A stretch of 64,000 nt of DNA, from the IMG/VR virus record IMGVR_UViG_3300015063_000004, positions 327-64,326 of that record. One strand, written 5' to 3'. Numbering within the stretch: position 1 is the first letter of the stretch; every line of letters starts with the position of its first letter. The DNA is from a virus. The notes under the pieces are model-generated. The model was not told the origin of the DNA and did not search any database. It saw only the letters and a list, made by a program, of their open reading frames with translations. This document shows, piece by piece, positions 1 to 8,545 of this stretch. The translations under genes were made by a program, and so were the position numbers.

Positions 1-30
1 TACGGGGACGGTGGCGGGCGTTTCGGTCAT
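1..30 (-). CDS. N-terminus of a leftward early gene (MTETPATVPV...), truncated by the window edge
   Basis: ATG at 30, SD AAGGAG at 39-44 on the minus strand, downstream of a -35/-10 pair. Confidence 0.45.
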   Translation of the reverse strand, partial: MTETPATVPV

Positions 31-58
31 CTGCGCGTCTCCTTGCTGCGTTGCCATT

Positions 59-87
59 CTCCTACGCGCCCCGCCGCCACAAGTCAA
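59..87 (-). promoter_or_regulatory. Leftward sigma70-like promoter PL1
   Basis: TTGACT (87-82), 17 bp, TAGGAG (64-59); same architecture as 8233-8261. Confidence 0.55.
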
Positions 88-114
88 GCAAATTAAGCGG
101 CGGGATAAAAAGAG

Positions 115-143
115 TTGCACGCACGCCAGACATAGGGTAGCGT
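115..143 (+). promoter_or_regulatory. Rightward promoter PR1, predicted leaderless transcript
   Basis: TTGCAC-17 bp-TAGCGT, ATG 7 nt later, no SD. Confidence 0.55.
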
Positions 144-150
144 CTCCGCC

Positions 151-387
151 ATGAACACGACCGACATTATCGACAGATTGGGCGGCCCTGCGCGAACAGC
201 GGAGATATGCGGGGTCTCGCGCCCTGCCGTCACGCTCTGGAAATCGCGGGGCATACCTATCGCGCACTGGCAGGTATTGGTGCGCTATGCCGAGGATGCC
301 CGGGTTCCGGGCATCACATACGATACGATCCAGGCTGCGCGAAAACACGACGCAGGAAATGGGATCGGCGGAACTGACTTAACCTAG
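151..387 (+). CDS. Cro-like HTH regulator
   Basis: IIDRLGGPARTAEICGVSRPAVTLWKSRGIP is a typical Cro/YdaS-like HTH; first gene after a divergent promoter. Confidence 0.8.
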   Translation: MNTTDIIDRLGGPARTAEICGVSRPAVTLWKSRGIPIAHWQVLVRYAEDARVPGITYDTIQAARKHDAGNGIGGTDLT

Positions 388-402
388 AAAGGACTAACCA
401 AA

Positions 403-627
403 ATGGCACTCATTCGAGTTGTTGCTGAAATCGAACTGCCGGCTGATCCGCGCGAACACGCGCAAGCCACGCTCCGGGCGCTGGACCTGATTGACCCGTT
501 CCTGGCCGCAATCGCGGCGCTGGGCGGCGAGGGGGCGCACAAGACGGTGCGGGAGCGGGTGAAGAAGGTTGTGCCGGCAAATCCGGCGGCTCCCGTCGCG
601 GCGGTCGCGCCTGTGCGGGCGGCGTAA
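403..627 (+). CDS. Hypothetical protein
   Basis: SD AAGGA upstream, operon position. Confidence 0.6.
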   Translation: MALIRVVAEIELPADPREHAQATLRALDLIDPFLAAIAALGGEGAHKTVRERVKKVVPANPAAPVAAVAPVRAA

Positions 628-651
628 ACAACAAACAGAAAGGACACCACA

Positions 652-942
652 ATGACCAATGAAGAACATCGTCGCTGGGCGCTGGAACAGGCGTTTCAGC
701 GTTCGGATGGCACAGCACCGATCCGCAATATCTTGCGCGATGCGGCGGCGCTTGTCTCTTTCGTGGAAGGAACGCCCCTCAAACTGCCGAAGGGCAGCGG
801 CGTGAAGCCGGGTAAGAATATGTGGAAGTCGCCCGAGACACGCGCCAAGGCGGTCGAACGGGGCCGGCAACTTCAGGCTCTTCTGCGGGCAAAGCGCGCC
901 AATGCAGCGGCCGTTCTCAATGGCAGTGCGCTGGCGCAGTGA
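652..942 (+). CDS. Hypothetical protein
   Basis: SD AAAGGA, operon position. Confidence 0.65.
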   Translation: MTNEEHRRWALEQAFQRSDGTAPIRNILRDAAALVSFVEGTPLKLPKGSGVKPGKNMWKSPETRAKAVERGRQLQALLRAKRANAAAVLNGSALAQ

Positions 943-1432
943 TATGGATGCAGAATGCCGCTCGATACAACAGTCAGTGCGCGCTGTGACGCGGCAGGTT
1001 GTTTCTATCGAGCGGTATCTTGCGTTCTTGAAGATCGGCGTCCCTAACGCCGTTGCGGCCCGGCGCGCTCCGGGAATGCGTGACTTGGACGTTTCCTCCC
1101 AACAAACTGGCGGCGGCTGGCGGTGCTGGCCGCCGCGCTTTTTCGGGGCAAATGGCATGACCCGCGTAGATATGGCGTCATCGTTCGATGTCAGCACGAC
1201 AATTCTTCCGTGCGCCGAATGCGGCGGTGAAGGCCGCATCTGGAAATCCAAGTATGGCGGCAATGATCCTGACGTGTGGGATGGTGGCCAGTGTGAGGCG
1301 TGCGATGGATCGGGCAATCAAACTTGCGAGCGCTGCGGCACGCATCCGGCCAACACAACGTGGAAAGTGCATGGCAAGCGGTATCTTGTGTGCCGACTTT
1401 GCCATGATGAATGGCTGGCCGATGAGTTGTAA
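902..1432 (+). CDS. Zinc-finger protein with DnaJ-type CxxCxGxG repeats (true start probably downstream)
   Basis: CAECGGEG, CEACDGSG, CERCG, CRLC. Confidence 0.6.
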   Translation: MQRPFSMAVRWRSDMDAECRSIQQSVRAVTRQVVSIERYLAFLKIGVPNAVAARRAPGMRDLDVSSQQTGGGWRCWPPRFFGANGMTRVDMASSFDVSTTILPCAECGGEGRIWKSKYGGNDPDVWDGGQCEACDGSGNQTCERCGTHPANTTWKVHGKRYLVCRLCHDEWLADEL

Positions 1433-1535
1433 CGCCGCCGTCGCGCTTGCCCGGATCTGCCACGCGCTGTCGGTGTATTTCCGGCGGCACGGCGACAGGT
1501 GGCGCGTGCGGGCTGTTAGGTGGAGGAAGGGATAG
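1422..1535 (+). CDS. Possible small basic protein
   Basis: Fills the gap between flanking genes, stop abuts the next ATG. Confidence 0.3.
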   Translation: MSCNAAVALARICHALSVYFRRHGDRWRVRAVRWRKG

Positions 1536-2024
1536 ATGGCAGTCCAGCGCGAAAAACTCCTGCAGTCGTCATGCTGCAAGTTCGCGGAACACTGCATCGA
1601 CGGTCCGAGCGATTTGATGGCGCACGACCGCAGCAAAGCCGCGACGCCGCAGGCCCATATGTGGGAAGCCCAGCGCGGAATCCGCAAGGGCACGCCGGAT
1701 ATGCAAATTCTTGTCCCGGGCCTTGCGGTGTTCTGCGAGCTAAAGGTGAAGGGCAACAAACCGACGCCAGCGCAAATCCAGCGCGGCGAGGCTATCGCTG
1801 CCGCTGGGCATTTCTGGTTTTGGGCAACATCCGTGACCGAGTTTGGGAAGGGCCTCGCGCGAGCCGGTGTTACCCTAACGCGCGCCGCTCCGATTGTGGC
1901 GGCGGATTACGACGCGAAACTAGAAGCGCGGGCGTTGCGTGTTCCGAAGGCCGCTCGTAAGGCGCGCGCCCCTCGCGCCACCAAGCGCGGGCTGCGGGTG
2001 GCGAGCGCGAGTTTAAGGCCGTGA
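1536..2024 (+). CDS. VRR-NUC-like PD-(D/E)XK nuclease
   Basis: GIRKGTPDMQIL...FCELKVKGNKPTPAQ motif. Confidence 0.8.
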   Translation: MAVQREKLLQSSCCKFAEHCIDGPSDLMAHDRSKAATPQAHMWEAQRGIRKGTPDMQILVPGLAVFCELKVKGNKPTPAQIQRGEAIAAAGHFWFWATSVTEFGKGLARAGVTLTRAAPIVAADYDAKLEARALRVPKAARKARAPRATKRGLRVASASLRP

Positions 2025-2419
2025 GCAAGGCAACCGTTTTCGAGCGGATTGCCGCGTCCGCGCCAATGAACAAAACGGCGGCGGTTGTTACCGGGAAGGG
2101 CATCCACTACGAGCCTGACGTTAACATCGTCAATGCGCATTGGGATGTGCCGCAGGCTACTATTCGCTGTCCGAAGCCGTCTGACGAACTGGCCGGGCGA
2201 CGGTTTGCGCGGTTTGTAGTCGTTGGTTTACTGCCGACAAAGATTAAAAATAGCAACGCAAACTGGCTCGTCCGTTGTGCATGTGGAGACTACGAAACAC
2301 GCAAGGCCAAGGCCATTCGCAATCCGGCTAACGTGGATGACTGCTGCACGAAATGCAAATACTTGCGGTATTTGAAGCGGCGCGAGGTGTTTTTGCGGGA
2401 GAAGAAATGGCCGTCCTAG
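2021..2419 (+). CDS. Cys-rich protein resembling the N-terminal module of phage HNH/AP2 endonucleases
   Basis: ELAGRRFARFVVVG...WLVRCACG; no HNH catalytic motif seen. Confidence 0.5.
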   Translation: MSKATVFERIAASAPMNKTAAVVTGKGIHYEPDVNIVNAHWDVPQATIRCPKPSDELAGRRFARFVVVGLLPTKIKNSNANWLVRCACGDYETRKAKAIRNPANVDDCCTKCKYLRYLKRREVFLREKKWPS

Positions 2420-2610
2420 GATCCTGCCTAATCGGCGCGACCGCTCCCGTCCGCCTCGCGCTCGCGTCGCCCGATGGCAGCGACCTGACGTGGCCGGTGC
2501 TGGTGGTGCCGAGCGTCGAGACGGTCGCAGGCGTGCGGATGCTGCGGTTGCGGTTTGAAGCCGTGCCGGTGGCGGAATGGGATAAGATGGAGGGGATGGA
2601 CGAATGCTAG
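2407..2610 (+). CDS. Hypothetical protein
   Basis: Overlaps both neighbours in an operon-like way. Confidence 0.5.
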   Translation: MAVLGSCLIGATAPVRLALASPDGSDLTWPVLVVPSVETVAGVRMLRLRFEAVPVAEWDKMEGMDEC

Positions 2611-3992
2611 ACGTGGCAGAACGGGATTACGCGGCATTCCTGGCGAGCAAGGCCCCGCGAGCGCAGGCGGTTGGCATTGAACCCACTGCGCTTGCATTGC
2701 ATCTTTTCGATTTCCAGAAAGATGCGACGGCATTCTGTTTGCGGCAGGGGCGGGCGGCGTTGTTCCTTGACACTGGCTTGGGAAAAACCGCGTGCGAATT
2801 GGAATGGTGCATGCAGGCTGCGGCTGCAACAAACGGCCGCGCTCTGATACTTACGCCCCTTGCTGTCGCGCGCCAGATTGAGCGCGAGGCGTTGCGGTTC
2901 GGATACGACGTGCGTGTTGTGCGCGATCAGTCCGAAGTGCGTGACGGCATAAACATATGTAACTACGACAGGCTCGATAAATTAGATACCGCTGCCTTTG
3001 GCGCTGTGGCGCTGGACGAGTCAAGCATTCTTAAGTCGTTCAATGGTGCTACCACGCGGGCGCTTATCCAGGGGTTTGCTGGGACTCGGTTTAAGTTAGC
3101 CGCCACCGCCACGCCAGCGCCAAACGATCACATGGAACTTGGGCAGCACGCGGAATTTCTTGGCATCATGCCGAGTAATGAAATGTTGATGCGCTGGTTC
3201 GTCGCCGATCAAACCCAAATGGGAAGATACCGCCTGAAAGGGCATGGCGAGGCGGATTTTTGGGATTGGATGGCGAGTTGGTCCCGCTGTGCCGAAACGC
3301 CCGCCGATCTTGGGTATGATGCCAGTCGCTATGTGCTGCCGGAATTACGAACCCACCGACATCGGGCAATGGGCGACGTGCGCGCTCCAGCGGGTGCTTT
3401 GTTTGTCGAGGATTTGTCTGCGACCAATATCCATTCGATCAAACGGCAAACGGCCGAGACGCGCGCCAGGACCGTCGCCGCTCTGATCGCTGCCGACCCC
3501 GGCGAAACGTGGGTTGTGTGGTGCGATACCGATTACGAATCCGATGCTTTGCGGGCGCTTCTGACTGGCGCTATTGAGGTTCGCGGCTCGCATCCTATTG
3601 AGCGGAAGGAAGCGGCGCTGACATCTTTTGCCGCTGGTGAAGCGAAGGTGATTATTACAAAGCCGAGCGTCGCAGGGATGGGGCTGAATTGGCAACACTG
3701 CGCCCGCGTGGCATTTGTAGGCCGAAGTTTCAGTTACGAGGCTTGGTATCAGGCTGTGCGCCGTTGCTGGCGGTTTGGACAAACGCGGGCGGTTGATGTG
3801 CATCTGATGGTTGCCGAAGGTGAAGATCAGATCGGCCGTGTGATCGCACGTAAGGCGGCCGATCATGTGACCATGAAGCGCGCCATGTCGGCTGCAATGC
3901 AACGCAGTCGCGTTGATGCTGCTGGACTCAAGGTTTCCTACAACCCGACGCATATTGGGAGATTGCCGGGATGGCTGAAATCCACTGTTTGA
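2604..3992 (+). CDS. SF2 (SNF2-like) DNA helicase
   Basis: LDTGLGKT, LDESS, ATATPAPND, GMGLNWQ, QAVRRCWRFGQ. Confidence 0.9.
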   Translation: MLDVAERDYAAFLASKAPRAQAVGIEPTALALHLFDFQKDATAFCLRQGRAALFLDTGLGKTACELEWCMQAAAATNGRALILTPLAVARQIEREALRFGYDVRVVRDQSEVRDGINICNYDRLDKLDTAAFGAVALDESSILKSFNGATTRALIQGFAGTRFKLAATATPAPNDHMELGQHAEFLGIMPSNEMLMRWFVADQTQMGRYRLKGHGEADFWDWMASWSRCAETPADLGYDASRYVLPELRTHRHRAMGDVRAPAGALFVEDLSATNIHSIKRQTAETRARTVAALIAADPGETWVVWCDTDYESDALRALLTGAIEVRGSHPIERKEAALTSFAAGEAKVIITKPSVAGMGLNWQHCARVAFVGRSFSYEAWYQAVRRCWRFGQTRAVDVHLMVAEGEDQIGRVIARKAADHVTMKRAMSAAMQRSRVDAAGLKVSYNPTHIGRLPGWLKSTV

Positions 3993-4864
3993 ACTCTGCG
4001 CAGGGTGATGATTGGGTAACGTATCACGGCGATTGTGTGGACGTGCTGCGACAGATGCCGGAAGCGTCGATTGGGTTTTCCGTGTTTTCTCCCCCATTTT
4101 CTGGCTTATATATTTACAACGACTCCGTTGCAGATATGGGGAACTGTGCCGATGATGCGGAGTTCTTAGAGCAATATCGGTTCTTTGTGCGTGAGTTATT
4201 CCGCGTGATGCAGCCCGGTCGCATCGTGGCTGTCCACTGCAAAGACCTCGTTTACTATAAGACGCAGCGCGGGACGGCTGGTCTGCGCGATCTGCCCGGG
4301 ATGCTAATCCGGGAGCATGTGGAAGCCGGTTTCGATTTCCATTCTCGCGTCACAATTTGGCGCGATCCAGTGCGGGAAATGACGAAAACCAAGGCGCACG
4401 GATTACTCTACAAGCAGCTCCGCGCCGATGCCAGTTTCAGCCGACAGGGGCTGCCCGAATACTTTGTGGTTTTCCGTAAATGGGCCGAGGAAGGCGAAGA
4501 AATCGCGCCGGTCACGCATACCCATGAATCGTTCCCGTTGCCCCAATGGCAGGAATGGGCATCCCCGGTTTGGATGTCCACGCGCGAAACTGACGTGCTA
4601 AACGCTCGCCGAGATCCGACCGACGAAAAACATATCTGCCCCATGCCTCTTGATCTAACGATGCGGGCGACGCTGCTGTGGAGCAATCCGGGTGACGTGG
4701 TGTTATCGCCGTTCATGGGGATCGGCTCCGAGGGATGGGTAGCGTTGAAACACAACCGCCGATTTGTGGGAATTGAATTAAAGGAAAGCTATTGGCGGCA
4801 GGCTTGCCGGCATTTGACTGACGCAAGCGCCAACGCGGTCGATCTGTTTTCGGCAGCCGACTGA
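3971..4864 (+). CDS. Beta-class DNA amino-methyltransferase (N4-mC or N6-mA)
   Basis: Motif IV SPPF precedes motif I SPFMGIGSEG; KHICPM. Confidence 0.88.
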   Translation: MAEIHCLNSAQGDDWVTYHGDCVDVLRQMPEASIGFSVFSPPFSGLYIYNDSVADMGNCADDAEFLEQYRFFVRELFRVMQPGRIVAVHCKDLVYYKTQRGTAGLRDLPGMLIREHVEAGFDFHSRVTIWRDPVREMTKTKAHGLLYKQLRADASFSRQGLPEYFVVFRKWAEEGEEIAPVTHTHESFPLPQWQEWASPVWMSTRETDVLNARRDPTDEKHICPMPLDLTMRATLLWSNPGDVVLSPFMGIGSEGWVALKHNRRFVGIELKESYWRQACRHLTDASANAVDLFSAAD

Positions 4865-5403
4865 TGGCCTTTCTCTCGCAGTGGTGGACGGCCGAGCAGG
4901 ACGCGCAGCTGGAGGCCGGATGGACCGAGGGCCTGACGTTGAACGTGATCGCCGAGCGGTTGCACTGCACGCGCAACGCGGTGGCTGGCCGGCGCAAGCG
5001 ACTGGGGCTGCCTGGGCGAGCGTCGCCCATTGTCCGCACCGCTACGCCCAAGCCGAAGCCGCCGCCGCGTGTGGTGGTAGCGGTCGCGCCCGTCCAGGCC
5101 GTAGTGCTGCCTGAAACGCGGCGGGGCGTTGGTGGTCGGGACATTCCCGCGACCTGGGGCGGCGCTGGGCCGGCGCGCGTGCCGATCCGGGGCGCTACCC
5201 TCGCCGGGGTGGACGCTGCCGCTGTGGCGGCGGCTGTGGGGCGTCCTGACGCGCCGGGGTGCCGGTATATCGCGGGCGAGCCGAGGCCGGTCAGGGCGGG
5301 GATGTTCTGCGATGCGCCTGTGTGGCGCGGCGTTTACTGCGCTGAGTGCTGGGCGAAATGCTACCAGCGCGTGAGCGTCGGGGATCGGGAGGCGGCGGAT
5401 TAG
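4864..5403 (+). CDS. gcrA: GcrA-like transcription regulator
   Basis: N-terminal WTAEQDAQLEAGWTEG...IAERLHCTRNAVAGRRKRLGL HTH and C-terminal CRYIAGEP...FCDAP...YCAEC. Confidence 0.78.
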   Translation: MAFLSQWWTAEQDAQLEAGWTEGLTLNVIAERLHCTRNAVAGRRKRLGLPGRASPIVRTATPKPKPPPRVVVAVAPVQAVVLPETRRGVGGRDIPATWGGAGPARVPIRGATLAGVDAAAVAAAVGRPDAPGCRYIAGEPRPVRAGMFCDAPVWRGVYCAECWAKCYQRVSVGDREAAD

Positions 5404-5406
5404 CTG

Positions 5407-6282
5407 CTACGGCCGGAACACCGCGCCGATATGGCGCGATAGCGGCAGCGGGATTTTGGCGATCATGGCCGAGGCAAACTTGCGTGCGGGCGACTTGCTT
5501 CCCGTTGTGCGTGAGATTGAGCCTTCATCGTGCCACCATGTTCCGCCTTGTTTCGTGCCCTCATTCAAATATCCCTGCGCCAAACCTCCGGGCGGAAATT
5601 TGCCGTGCTTCTGGTTAGTTAACTTCATACCATCCATAATGCGCTTCTGCGCCGTGCCATTGAACGCATCGGCTTTATAACCTGGCGTGCCATAGCCGTT
5701 GAAATCAATCCCTCCGACCTTCGTCCCTTCCACCGCTGCTGTCTGGAAAGAGCCGCCGTTACCGTCGAAGCGAAAACCTGGCACCTCCGGCACGCGAAAC
5801 GTAATCGGCATCAGCGCTGGCACGTCGCCCCACAAATGATACGATCCGAACGCCCAACGCGACCGCCCGACCCACTCGTTCGCGCCGCGCACGTTCTCCA
5901 CCACCATCGGAATGTGTCGCCCCGCTGCCTCGCAAGCCTCGCGCTGGATACGAAAGCACGCATTGAAAAGACGATTGAGGTCCGCGAGTGCCTGCCCGGT
6001 GGTATCGGCGCGGATCGCCGCTGCCTTGGCTTTCGCCCGTGACCACGGCATCGCCATATAGCTATATTCCTGACACGGCGGCGACGCCACTATCAGCGCC
6101 GCGTCACGAAACTGCGAACCGTGTAGCGTCGTCACATCCTGTATGACGAGTTGCCCCGGATACCGATGCTCGCCGTAAACGTGGCGTTCGATGTCGAAGC
6201 CCGCGACATAGTAGCCCTCGGCGAGCAGCCCTTCGGCCCAGCCACCGAGGCCGCAATAGAGGTCTATGGCGAGAGGCTTCAC
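5407..6282 (-). CDS. Atypical C5-cytosine DNA methyltransferase
   Basis: DLYCGLGG (I), ASPPCQ (IV), VENV (VI); Gly-rich, repetitive C-terminal half. Confidence 0.78.
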   Translation of the reverse strand: MKPLAIDLYCGLGGWAEGLLAEGYYVAGFDIERHVYGEHRYPGQLVIQDVTTLHGSQFRDAALIVASPPCQEYSYMAMPWSRAKAKAAAIRADTTGQALADLNRLFNACFRIQREACEAAGRHIPMVVENVRGANEWVGRSRWAFGSYHLWGDVPALMPITFRVPEVPGFRFDGNGGSFQTAAVEGTKVGGIDFNGYGTPGYKADAFNGTAQKRIMDGMKLTNQKHGKFPPGGLAQGYLNEGTKQGGTWWHDEGSISRTTGSKSPARKFASAMIAKIPLPLSRHIGAVFRP

Positions 6283-6605
6283 GTCTCGTTCGCCCTCGCA
6301 ATCGCCGCGTCGTAAACGCGCATGACGGCAGCGTGGCCGAGGGTGTCGTTGACATCATCCACGTCGATATAATCGGTCAGTTGACGGGCGCTGTCTCGCA
6401 GGGCCTTCCGCGCCGCGTAAAACGTCGCATTGCGGTGCCCTGATGATACATTTAACGCACCCACTGCGCACCAGCTCGCAGCATTCGGACTAGTAGCATC
6501 GCATCGCATCCCGGTTTCGTCGGTAGCTTCGACGGCCTGACACCACCGCGCCGGGTCCGCGATCCTGTCGCGCGCGCGGGTCAGTAGGGCGGCGAGCGGG
6601 GTCAT
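6279..6605 (-). CDS. Hypothetical protein
   Basis: ATGA coupling to upstream gene; WCQ...WCAVGAL. Confidence 0.6.
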   Translation of the reverse strand: MTPLAALLTRARDRIADPARWCQAVEATDETGMRCDATSPNAASWCAVGALNVSSGHRNATFYAARKALRDSARQLTDYIDVDDVNDTLGHAAVMRVYDAAIARANET

Positions 6606-6868
6606 GGGGTGGGTTCCTGATGCGTCCACATCCTGTTGCCGCGCAGTTCGGTCAACGCGCTCTCCACCAGCACCCAATTCCAATCAGGATGCGCCTTGGG
6701 CGGACGCGCGCCACGGGTTGCCGTGAAGTAGTCGTCATACACCGTATAGATCGGGACCGGCGTGCGCATCGGCTGATAGCGGCGACTGTCCATCTCGGCA
6801 ATGTCAAAGCCGAAATGCGACGCGACGGCAGACTTGGTAGATAGCGGCTTAAACGTCGGCATCTTCAT
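6602..6868 (-). CDS. Hypothetical protein
   Basis: SD AAGGGG, operon position. Confidence 0.65.
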   Translation of the reverse strand: MKMPTFKPLSTKSAVASHFGFDIAEMDSRRYQPMRTPVPIYTVYDDYFTATRGARPPKAHPDWNWVLVESALTELRGNRMWTHQEPTP

Positions 6869-6904
6869 TCCCCTTCTGCGCCCGCAGGCGCGGTTTGCGG
6901 TGTG

Positions 6905-7105
6905 TTAGGCGGTAGCCTTCCGATATCCAAGCGCGGCAAGCCACTCGCCTAGGCGTTCGCTGGTGTTCTGTTCGCTCCAAAAGTCTGGCACTTGGTCGCG
7001 GATTGCGGTCATGTGCGCGGCCCATGCGTCGAGGTCCGACGCAATCTGCGCAGCAACCTGTGGCGGGTATGGGAGAAGGTTCACCACGGCAGCGCACCTG
7101 GGCAA
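6905..7105 (-). CDS. Hypothetical protein (start uncertain)
   Basis: Operon position. Confidence 0.5.
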   Translation of the reverse strand: MPRCAAVVNLLPYPPQVAAQIASDLDAWAAHMTAIRDQVPDFWSEQNTSERLGEWLAALGYRKATA

Positions 7106-7290
7106 CTAACCCGTTCCGCCTGTCGTAGCATCAAGAGTTGCCGTTGTGTCGCCAGAAGATGCCCTAGAAAAAACCCGGCGCGCTCTGGTTCCGATCTGGT
7201 CCACTGCCGGTAACAAATCGCTTTGTAAAGCAGCGCCGAACGCGCGGCGCGATAAGTTGCAAGGCTGACCCGTTGGCGTGTTGCGCTCAC
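7081..7290 (-). CDS. Hypothetical protein
   Basis: GTG start with SD AAAGGGG. Confidence 0.45.
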   Translation of the reverse strand: MSATRQRVSLATYRAARSALLYKAICYRQWTRSEPERAGFFLGHLLATQRQLLMLRQAERVSCPGALPW

Positions 7291-7318
7291 AATCGTTCCC
7301 CTTTGTTGCGTTGCGGTT

Positions 7319-7588
7319 TCAGGCGCGGATACGAGCGGGCAGGCCGTTGCGCGAGCGAAGCACGGCCTCGCGCTCACGGTCGCGGTCGGTTGCGGTCGGC
7401 ATCGGCGGCAGGTTGGCGCGTGCCTTCTTTTCGGATGCGATCATCTTCGCCGCAGTCTCGCTCGGCCGCTTGGTCGCGGACGCGGCGTGAGACGATGACG
7501 GGTAGGCATAGGCAGAGATACCGGATACGAGGTCAACGGCGATGAAAGCGCCATCGGCATCGGTGCCGCAGAGGATGTTGATTGCCAT
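7319..7588 (-). CDS. Hypothetical protein
   Basis: ATG with SD GAAGGAA. Confidence 0.6.
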   Translation of the reverse strand: MAINILCGTDADGAFIAVDLVSGISAYAYPSSSHAASATKRPSETAAKMIASEKKARANLPPMPTATDRDREREAVLRSRNGLPARIRA

Positions 7589-7620
7589 CGTTTCGTTTCC
7601 TTCTGTCGCGGGTGGGAGGG

Positions 7621-7857
7621 TTAGGCGAGGTCGGCGATGCCGTCGCGCACGGTCCATTCGTCCTGTTCGCCCGCTTCCTCGTTGGCGATCAGCGCGGCCG
7701 TGGCGGGATAGACTTTGAACGCGCCGGGCTGGGCGATCATGCCGGCATCGCGCATGTCATCGCGGAAGTTGGCGTATGCCTCGGCCGAAGTCTCGCCCGT
7801 CGCATAGATGATGCCGTTGCTGGCGACGATGTAGCCGGCGGGAATGGTGTCGAGCAT
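7621..7857 (-). CDS. Hypothetical protein
   Basis: ATG with SD AAAGGA. Confidence 0.65.
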   Translation of the reverse strand: MLDTIPAGYIVASNGIIYATGETSAEAYANFRDDMRDAGMIAQPGAFKVYPATAALIANEEAGEQDEWTVRDGIADLA

Positions 7858-7909
7858 GGCGGTGTTCCTTTCGGTGGAGGGCCGGCGCTTTGTCTGCGCC
7901 GGGGTGGGG

Positions 7910-8206
7910 TTAGGCGTGCTGCGGCTCAAACCGCATCATGTCGCCGCACACATCCAGCAGCGTTGCGACTGAGCGGCGCGCGACAGGTTCACCGCGAAGC
8001 ATCCGAGTGACGGTCCAGCGATAGTCCCCCACCGGATTGCCAGGGATGCGCGATGCGCAGCCGATCTGGCGCTTGTCGGCATCGAAAAACCAGAGTGTCG
8101 TTTCGTCGATGCTTTCGTGCCGGCAGCGGTCCACAGTCAGCGTCGTGCAGGAAAGGTAGGTCGCCGCATCTTCAACGTCGTGGTCCATTTCGATTTGCGT
8201 TGCCAT
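7910..8206 (-). CDS. Hypothetical protein, first gene of the second leftward operon
   Basis: SD AGGAG, downstream of PL2. Confidence 0.65.
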   Translation of the reverse strand: MATQIEMDHDVEDAATYLSCTTLTVDRCRHESIDETTLWFFDADKRQIGCASRIPGNPVGDYRWTVTRMLRGEPVARRSVATLLDVCGDMMRFEPQHA

Positions 8207-8232
8207 CGTCCGTCTCCTGTTCCGATAACGCC

Positions 8233-8261
8233 AACCTACGCGCTGTCGCGTAGAGTGTCAA
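8233..8261 (-). promoter_or_regulatory. Leftward promoter PL2 overlapped by an operator-like palindrome
   Basis: TTGACA-17 bp-TAGGTT; CTACGCG-ctgt-CGCGTAG at 8236-8253. Confidence 0.65.
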
Positions 8262-8289
8262 CGGGTATTTTGGGGTGGAGGGAAAATAA

Positions 8290-8318
8290 TTGCACCGCCC
8301 CGCCTATGCGCGTATAAC
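8290..8318 (+). promoter_or_regulatory. Rightward promoter PR2, predicted leaderless transcript
   Basis: TTGCAC-17 bp-TATAAC, ATG 6 nt later. Confidence 0.65.
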
Positions 8319-8324
8319 GGGGAC

Positions 8325-8534
8325 ATGGGAAAAGACCTGACAACCGATGAAATCATGACCCTCCTGCGCCGCCGCGTTGCCGATGCCGGCACGCAAGCCG
8401 CGTGGTGTCGAATGCACGGCGTGTCCGTCCAATACCTGTGCGACGCGCTCGCAGGGCGGCGGGAAATCGGGCCGCTGATACTGGGCGCGCTCGGGTATGA
8501 GCGGCTGCCGGTGTTGCATCGGGCTGTGCGATAG
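8325..8534 (+). CDS. Small Cro-like HTH protein
   Basis: TQAAWCRMHGVSVQYLCDALAGRREIG HTH pattern. Confidence 0.75.
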   Translation: MGKDLTTDEIMTLLRRRVADAGTQAAWCRMHGVSVQYLCDALAGRREIGPLILGALGYERLPVLHRAVR

Positions 8535-8545
8535 GGGTAGAATGC

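Noticed and set aside
1-57. Leftward ORF opposite cro as a CI repressor
   Set aside because: The visible start (MTETPATVPV, with a strong SD) looks like an ordinary early gene; no HTH is visible and the ORF is truncated
2021-2419. Homing HNH endonuclease
   Set aside because: Only the N-terminal-type module is present; no HNH catalytic motif
3971-3992. Frameshift fusion of helicase and methyltransferase
   Set aside because: A 22-nt overlap with a normal ATG is explained by translational coupling; no slippery site seen
6901-7915. GGGTTAGG as telomere-like repeats
   Set aside because: Isolated single copies that coincide with stop codons; not tandem
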